DNA of 64,000 nt from an uncultured delta proteobacterium (GTDB taxonomy: Bacteria; Myxococcota_A; Polyangia; Polyangiales; B10-G4), in contig CAVSGI010000008.1 of NCBI GenBank assembly GCA_963727445.1, forward strand, positions 1 through 64,000, given 5' to 3'. This document shows positions 59,499 through 64,000 of the stretch, in pieces. Each line of letters begins with the position of its first letter. The first letter of the stretch is position 1. Below the pieces are notes generated by a model. That model searched no databases. It was not told the origin of the DNA and saw nothing but the letters and a program-made list of their open reading frames with translations. The translations under genes were made by a program, and so were the position numbers.

Positions 59499-60136
59499 AG
59501 ATGTCGCCCCATAAGACAACGTTGGTGATGCTGGCGGCGGCGCTCTTGGCGGCGTGCTCGGGCGGACCCACCGACGACCCGCGAAGCCACGGCGCGAGTC
59601 TCATCGACGCGCCTCCCCTGCCGACCCTGGTCGCCGAGGACTTCCAGGACGCGCCCGCTGGCTGTGAAGGGCGTCTCGACGGAACCGAAGAGTTCGGAAT
59701 CACCCAGACCGACGCGCTGGTGGTGGCGCGGCACGGCGAGGAAGCGGTCTGCATCGACACCCTCGAGGCGGTGAGCCTCGAGCTCGAAGCCCTCGGCGCG
59801 AACTTCGCCGCCGACGAGCTCTACTCCGGCTTCTATGCCGCGATTCACCTCAGCCAGGTGCAGGATTGGGCGACCCCGGCGAGCGAGCGCCTCGACGACG
59901 GTGGCGAGGCGCAGGGCGACCCGAACCCGCAGCCCAACGGGCCCATCCTCGACCCCAACATGGGCGATCCGAACCCCCAGCCGAACATGCCTTCGCGCCC
60001 GACCCTCGGTGGCGATCCCGCGCCGAGCATGCCCGACACGGGCGACCCCACGGTCAATCCTGGACCGACACGGGACACGGACGAGCCCGAGACTCCCGTG
60101 GTCTCCATCGAGAGCGTCGCGCTCCCAGGTATCTAG
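59495..60136 (+). CDS. Lipoprotein with C-terminal GDPNPQPN repeats
   Basis: Lipobox LAAC; two further Cys; GDPNPQPN x2 plus GDPAPS and GDPTVNP; GTGA overlap with the upstream stop. Confidence 0.75.
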   Translation: MKMSPHKTTLVMLAAALLAACSGGPTDDPRSHGASLIDAPPLPTLVAEDFQDAPAGCEGRLDGTEEFGITQTDALVVARHGEEAVCIDTLEAVSLELEALGANFAADELYSGFYAAIHLSQVQDWATPASERLDDGGEAQGDPNPQPNGPILDPNMGDPNPQPNMPSRPTLGGDPAPSMPDTGDPTVNPGPTRDTDEPETPVVSIESVALPGI

Positions 60137-60962
60137 AGGAAGCGCGCCGCGAGCGCGCGGATGTGCGCGGGCCCCGTCCCGCAGCAACCACCGATGAGCG
60201 TCGCGCCCGCGTCGATCCACGTCGCCGCGAGCTCCGCGTAGCGCTGCGGTCCGTCGGGGTCGTCGGTGCGCCACCCGATCTCTTCGTCGGCGTGCCCCGC
60301 GTTGGCGTAGGCGCCGAAAGGGACGCCCGCCTCGGCGATCGCACGCACGAAGTCGAGGGTGCGCGCCGCGGGGACGCAGTTGACAAGCACCGCCGAGGCT
60401 CCCGCGCGGACCAGCTCCCGGCTGGCCCGTCCCATCGATGCGGGCGTCATGAATCGGCATCGGGGCCGGCGGTCAGGGCGGCCCAGACCGGCAAGCCGGT
60501 GCGCACCGCCTCCTCGACGGCGACCCGCGCCTCGCCGGGATGCGGGAAGGTTTCGCAGAGGATGAGATTGACGCTGGCCGCGTGAAGGGCCTCGGCCATC
60601 TCACGATGCTCGGGCCGCGGATCGGCGGGGCTCAGGTCGGGCCGGTAGCAGTCCTCGAGGGGAGCGATGCTCCCGGCGAGGGTGAAGGCGTCGGGGCGCG
60701 CATCGACCGAGCGGAGCGCCCGGCGCGCGATGCCGACAGCTTCCGTCGTGAGCGCCCGCCAGCGATCGCCGACCTGTCGGGGCCGGGTTCGAAAGGTGTT
60801 GGCGGTGTGGACGACGGCCCCCGCGCGTGCGTAATCCCGATGGATCTCGGCGATCACCTCGGGGGCCTCGACGATGGCGCCAGCGCTCCACATCGGAAGG
60901 CGAGTCTCGACGCCGCGGGCATGGAGCTCGGTTCCGAGGGGCCCGTCGAGCAGGGTGATCAT
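60133..60962 (-). CDS. Homocysteine S-methyltransferase family protein (apparent frameshift near 60451)
   Basis: LLDGPLGTEL, TANTF, AGSIAPLEDCY, CETF; second part VNC, AYAN, IGGCCG zinc motif. Confidence 0.82.
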
Positions 60963-61088
60963 CGGCCCTACGCTAGCAGGGTCCGACCGCGAAGGCGGTG
61001 ACGCACCCCGGCCGCGGGCGAGACGCGCTGTGTTTGCTTCATGATCTCTCCTGCTTGGAGGGAATCCTTCCCAGGGGCGCGAAAACCC

Positions 61089-61140
61089 TTGCGCACCGCA
61101 AAGGCAACTGGTACTACCACTTTCGAGAGTGGTAATACCA
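61089..61140 (+). promoter_or_regulatory. Promoter with two FadR-type operators
   Basis: TTGCGC-17-TACTAC; palindromes TGGTACTACCA (61109-61119) and TGGTAATACCA (61130-61140) right before the ATG. Confidence 0.75.
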
Positions 61141-61887
61141 ATGTCCCAGGCACCAGATCGAAAGCGGGCGGCGGAGCAGACGGCGGACAAGGTCCGCGGC
61201 GCCATCCTGCGGGGGGAGATCGCGCCGGGGACGGCATTGCCGGCAGAGCGGGAGCTCTCGGAGAAGCTCGGGGTCAGTCGCCTCACCCTGCGCTCCGCGA
61301 TCGCGCGCCTCGAGACCGAAGGGCTGGTGCAACCGGTCCACGGCTCGGGGACGCGCGTTCTCGATTACCGCGAGCGGGGCGGGGTCGACCTCATCGGCTA
61401 CCTCGCGACGCAAGCCCTCGAGGGTGGGGAGATGCCCTCGGCGCTCTTGTCGGAGCTGCTCGAGCTCCGCCGGATGATCGCCACCGAGCTGGTGGGCCTC
61501 GCGGCGGTGCGCGCGACCGACGAAGAGCTCGCGGAGCTTCGCCATCACCATCGCGTGCAATCGACGCTGCTCGGCGATCCCGAAGCCTTCAAGCGGGCCG
61601 ACCTCGCATTCGCCCGCCTGCTGATCCGCGCCGGCCATAACTTCGCGCTCGAGCTCCTCTTCAACTCGGTGGTGCGCGTCATCGAGTCGAACCCCGGCCT
61701 CACCCTCGCCTTTCAGGCGAACGCGCCGCAGACCCTCAGGGTCTACGCGCGGATCCTCGAGCTGGTCGAGAGCCGTGATTCGCGTCGGGCCGCGCGCGTC
61801 ACCCGGCGCCTCCTCGAGGTCCTCGACCGCCGCACGCTTTCCCTGTTGGACCAGCTCGCACCTTCACAGAAGGAGATGGCCGGATGA
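61141..61887 (+). CDS. GntR (FadR-subfamily) transcriptional regulator
   Basis: LPAERELSEKLGVSR.TLR.A..L...GLV..HGSGT wHTH; FCD-like C-terminus. Confidence 0.9.
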   Translation: MSQAPDRKRAAEQTADKVRGAILRGEIAPGTALPAERELSEKLGVSRLTLRSAIARLETEGLVQPVHGSGTRVLDYRERGGVDLIGYLATQALEGGEMPSALLSELLELRRMIATELVGLAAVRATDEELAELRHHHRVQSTLLGDPEAFKRADLAFARLLIRAGHNFALELLFNSVVRVIESNPGLTLAFQANAPQTLRVYARILELVESRDSRRAARVTRRLLEVLDRRTLSLLDQLAPSQKEMAG

Positions 61888-62366
61888 TCGGTGTTCCAAA
61901 GCGCTGGGTGGTGGACGTGCTGTCGGGCTTCGCCGGAGCTGACGAAGAGGGCGCGCTCGTCCCTGCCGCGGACGAGGTCGACTACCTCGAAGCCTTCGAC
62001 GGGATGCTCCACAGCGGGACCTTTCTCGCGGGCGTCGGCATGCGCGTTGCGCTCGTCTTCTGTGCGCTCTCGCCCCTTTGGCTCGCGGGTCGCTTCCGAC
62101 GCTTCGGCTCCCTTCCTGGCCGAGAGCGCTCCGCCCTCCTCGATCGGCTCCTGCACCACCCGGTGTTCATCGTCGCCGAGCTCACGCTCTTGATGAAGCT
62201 CTGCGCCTGCATGGCGCTCTTCCGCTCGCCCACGGTGCGCGCGCGGTCGAGCTACGACAGCCACGAGACCGAGGCCGACGCCTATGCCGAGGCTCTCGAG
62301 TCGGGCGAGCGACCCAAGCACGGGCTACCGGTCCTCGCCGACGTGCGAGACGAGGAGGTGGCGTGA
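61884..62366 (+). CDS. Hypothetical protein, probable small partner subunit of the GMC oxidoreductase
   Basis: Overlaps both neighbours; RF..L...ER..LL.RL pattern typical of genes preceding GMC enzymes. Confidence 0.65.
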   Translation: MIGVPKRWVVDVLSGFAGADEEGALVPAADEVDYLEAFDGMLHSGTFLAGVGMRVALVFCALSPLWLAGRFRRFGSLPGRERSALLDRLLHHPVFIVAELTLLMKLCACMALFRSPTVRARSSYDSHETEADAYAEALESGERPKHGLPVLADVRDEEVA

Positions 62367-63872
62367 TGGCGCACCTGATTCGAAGACGTCGCGGATTACG
62401 TCATCGTCGGCACCGGCGCGGGGGGCGCGACCGCCGCGCGGGTCCTCGCCGCCGCCGGCCACGACGTGCTGATGGTGGAGGAGGGCCCGAAGCTCGAAAA
62501 GGACGAGCGGCCGCGAGACCTGTTGCGGAGCATGGGGGCGGCGGTGCGCGGCATGGGCACCCAGGCCACCCTCGGCAAGACGCCGATCCCGCTCCTTCAG
62601 GGGCGTCTGGTCGGCGGAAGCACCGCGATCAACTCCGGCATCGTCTGGCGCATGCCCGACGACGTGCGCGCGGAGTGGAAGGAGAGCCACGGCCTCGATT
62701 GGCTCGTCGACGAAGGCGAGATGCACCGCATCTACGAGGTCATCGAGGAGGATCTCGAGGTCGAGAAGACCGCGCGAGAAATCTTCGGACAGAACTCGCA
62801 GAAGATGGCGGACGCCTGCGATGCGCTGGGCCTGCCCGGAAAGGCCATGACCCGCAACGCGGCGCGCTGCCGCGGCTCTTCACAGTGCCTGCAGGGCTGC
62901 CCCACGCGGGCCCGCCAGAGCATGGACACCAGCTACGTCCCCCGCGCCATGGCCGACGGCGCCCGCCTCCACACCCTGTGCCGCGTGCGGAAGGTGACGA
63001 TGGAGGGCGGGCGCGCGACAGGCATCACGGGCGACGTGGTCGACAGGCGCTCGCGCAAGAAGAAGGGCACCTTCCACGTTCGCGCTCGCCGCGCCGTGAT
63101 CGTGTCGGCTGGCGTGCTGCATACGCCGGCGCTCCTCGACGCCTCCGGGATCCGTCATCCACTCCTCGGCCGGCGCTTCCAGGCGCACCCTGGCCTCGCG
63201 GTGGTGGCGCGATTCGAAGAACCCATCCGCATGGGCTTCGGCGCGACCCAGGGTTACGAGGTCCCGATGCGCGACCGCGGCTTCAAGCTGGAGACGCTCG
63301 CGCTGCCGCCGGAGATGCTCGCCGCGCGCCTCCCGGGCGCCGGAGGCCAGTGGCAGAAGAAGCTCTCCGAGCTCGACCACTACGCGCAGTGGTGCGTGCA
63401 GGTCCGCATGAAGGCGAAGGGGCGCGTCAAGCGCGGCTTCGGCGGATGGCCGAAGGTGAGCTACGAGCCGACCGCCGCGGACGTGGCGACCACGCAGGAG
63501 GCGGTGGCGCTGTTGTGTCGGATGTTCTTCGCGGTGGGCGCCACCGAGGTCTACCCAGGCGTCGGTCACCTCCCCGAAGTCCTCACCGACCCGAAGCAGG
63601 CCGAGCAGATCGCGGACGCCAAGCTTCGCCGCCCCGACTTCCACTACGTGGCCTCGCACCTCTTCGGCACCACCTGCGCGGGCACGGACCCGTCGAAGAG
63701 CGTCGTGGGCGAGGACCTCGCGGTGCACGGCGCCGAGGGCCTGTACGTGATGGATGCCAGCGTCTTCCCCACCAACATGGGGGTCAATCCGCAGCACTCC
63801 ATCATGACGGTGGTGTGGCGCGCCGCCGAGAAGCTGGCCGCGGCCGAGCGGGCCCAGCGCGACGCGGCTTAG
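62366..63872 (+). CDS. GMC-family oxidoreductase (apparent frameshift near 62378)
   Basis: DYVIVGTGAGG FAD site in frame with ORF 62466; GGSTAINSG, C.GS.QC.QGCP, SHLFGT, DASVFPT..GVNP; GAGGAGG RBS before ATG 62366. Confidence 0.88.
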
Positions 63873-64000
63873 CCAACTGTCTCGAAGTCAGCGAACGGAC
63901 CGATGTCCGACGAGCGGGGCGGCGATACCGCCGCCCCGGGTAGAGCCGGCCTTCGGCCGACGCCGGAGGGCGTGGGGTGCGCGCTGCCCCATCCTGCTAC

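Overview
The window looks like two unrelated genomes joined at about 35,136-35,141. Left part (1-~35,138): AT-rich, Bacillaceae-type (possibly Halobacillus-like; inference). It holds an APC amino-acid permease, then an even more AT-rich accessory island: a DnaC/IstB-like remnant, a complete three-gene Lamassu/ABC-3C-type anti-phage locus (PD-(D/E)xK nuclease effector, small middle component, Rad50-like SMC ATPase), an internally deleted IS21 and an orphan sigma-D flagellin. After that come a frameshifted membrane protein, a GGEEF diguanylate cyclase, and a divergent Mqo-family (Lqo-type) oxidoreductase / lactate permease pair with twin LutR-like operators and cre sites. Then AlaX, an SOS-boxed topB, a TelA operon, a WbpA/E/B/D-like diacetamido-uronic-acid sugar cluster, a ~620-bp palindromic repeat element and two collagen-like spore-surface genes; the second is cut at the junction. 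Right part (~35,139-64,000): very GC-rich, myxobacterial-type (Polyangia/Sandaracinaceae-like; inference). It holds a DUF1592/DUF1552 pair, a P1B-ATPase homologue lacking its catalytic motifs fused into an argH-lysA operon, an M48 peptidase + dynamin-like pair, fabH, a 5-copy intergenic tandem repeat, an FHA-transglutaminase membrane protein, an M19 dipeptidase, mtnA and a Cys-rich lipoprotein. It ends with a hybrid kinase, an FHA-sigma54 activator, a giant STAND-TPR-sigma54 activator coupled to a repeat-peptide lipoprotein, a homocysteine methyltransferase and a GntR-GMC oxidoreductase operon. Scattered single-base indels in both halves suggest uncorrected sequencing errors. I recognised no rRNA, tRNA or CRISPR array. 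Family assignments come from motif recognition by eye, not database searches. Best novelty candidates: the STAND-TPR-EBP + GDPNPQPN lipoprotein module, the pseudo-P1B ATPase, the M48-dynamin pair, and the Lqo-LutP regulon.
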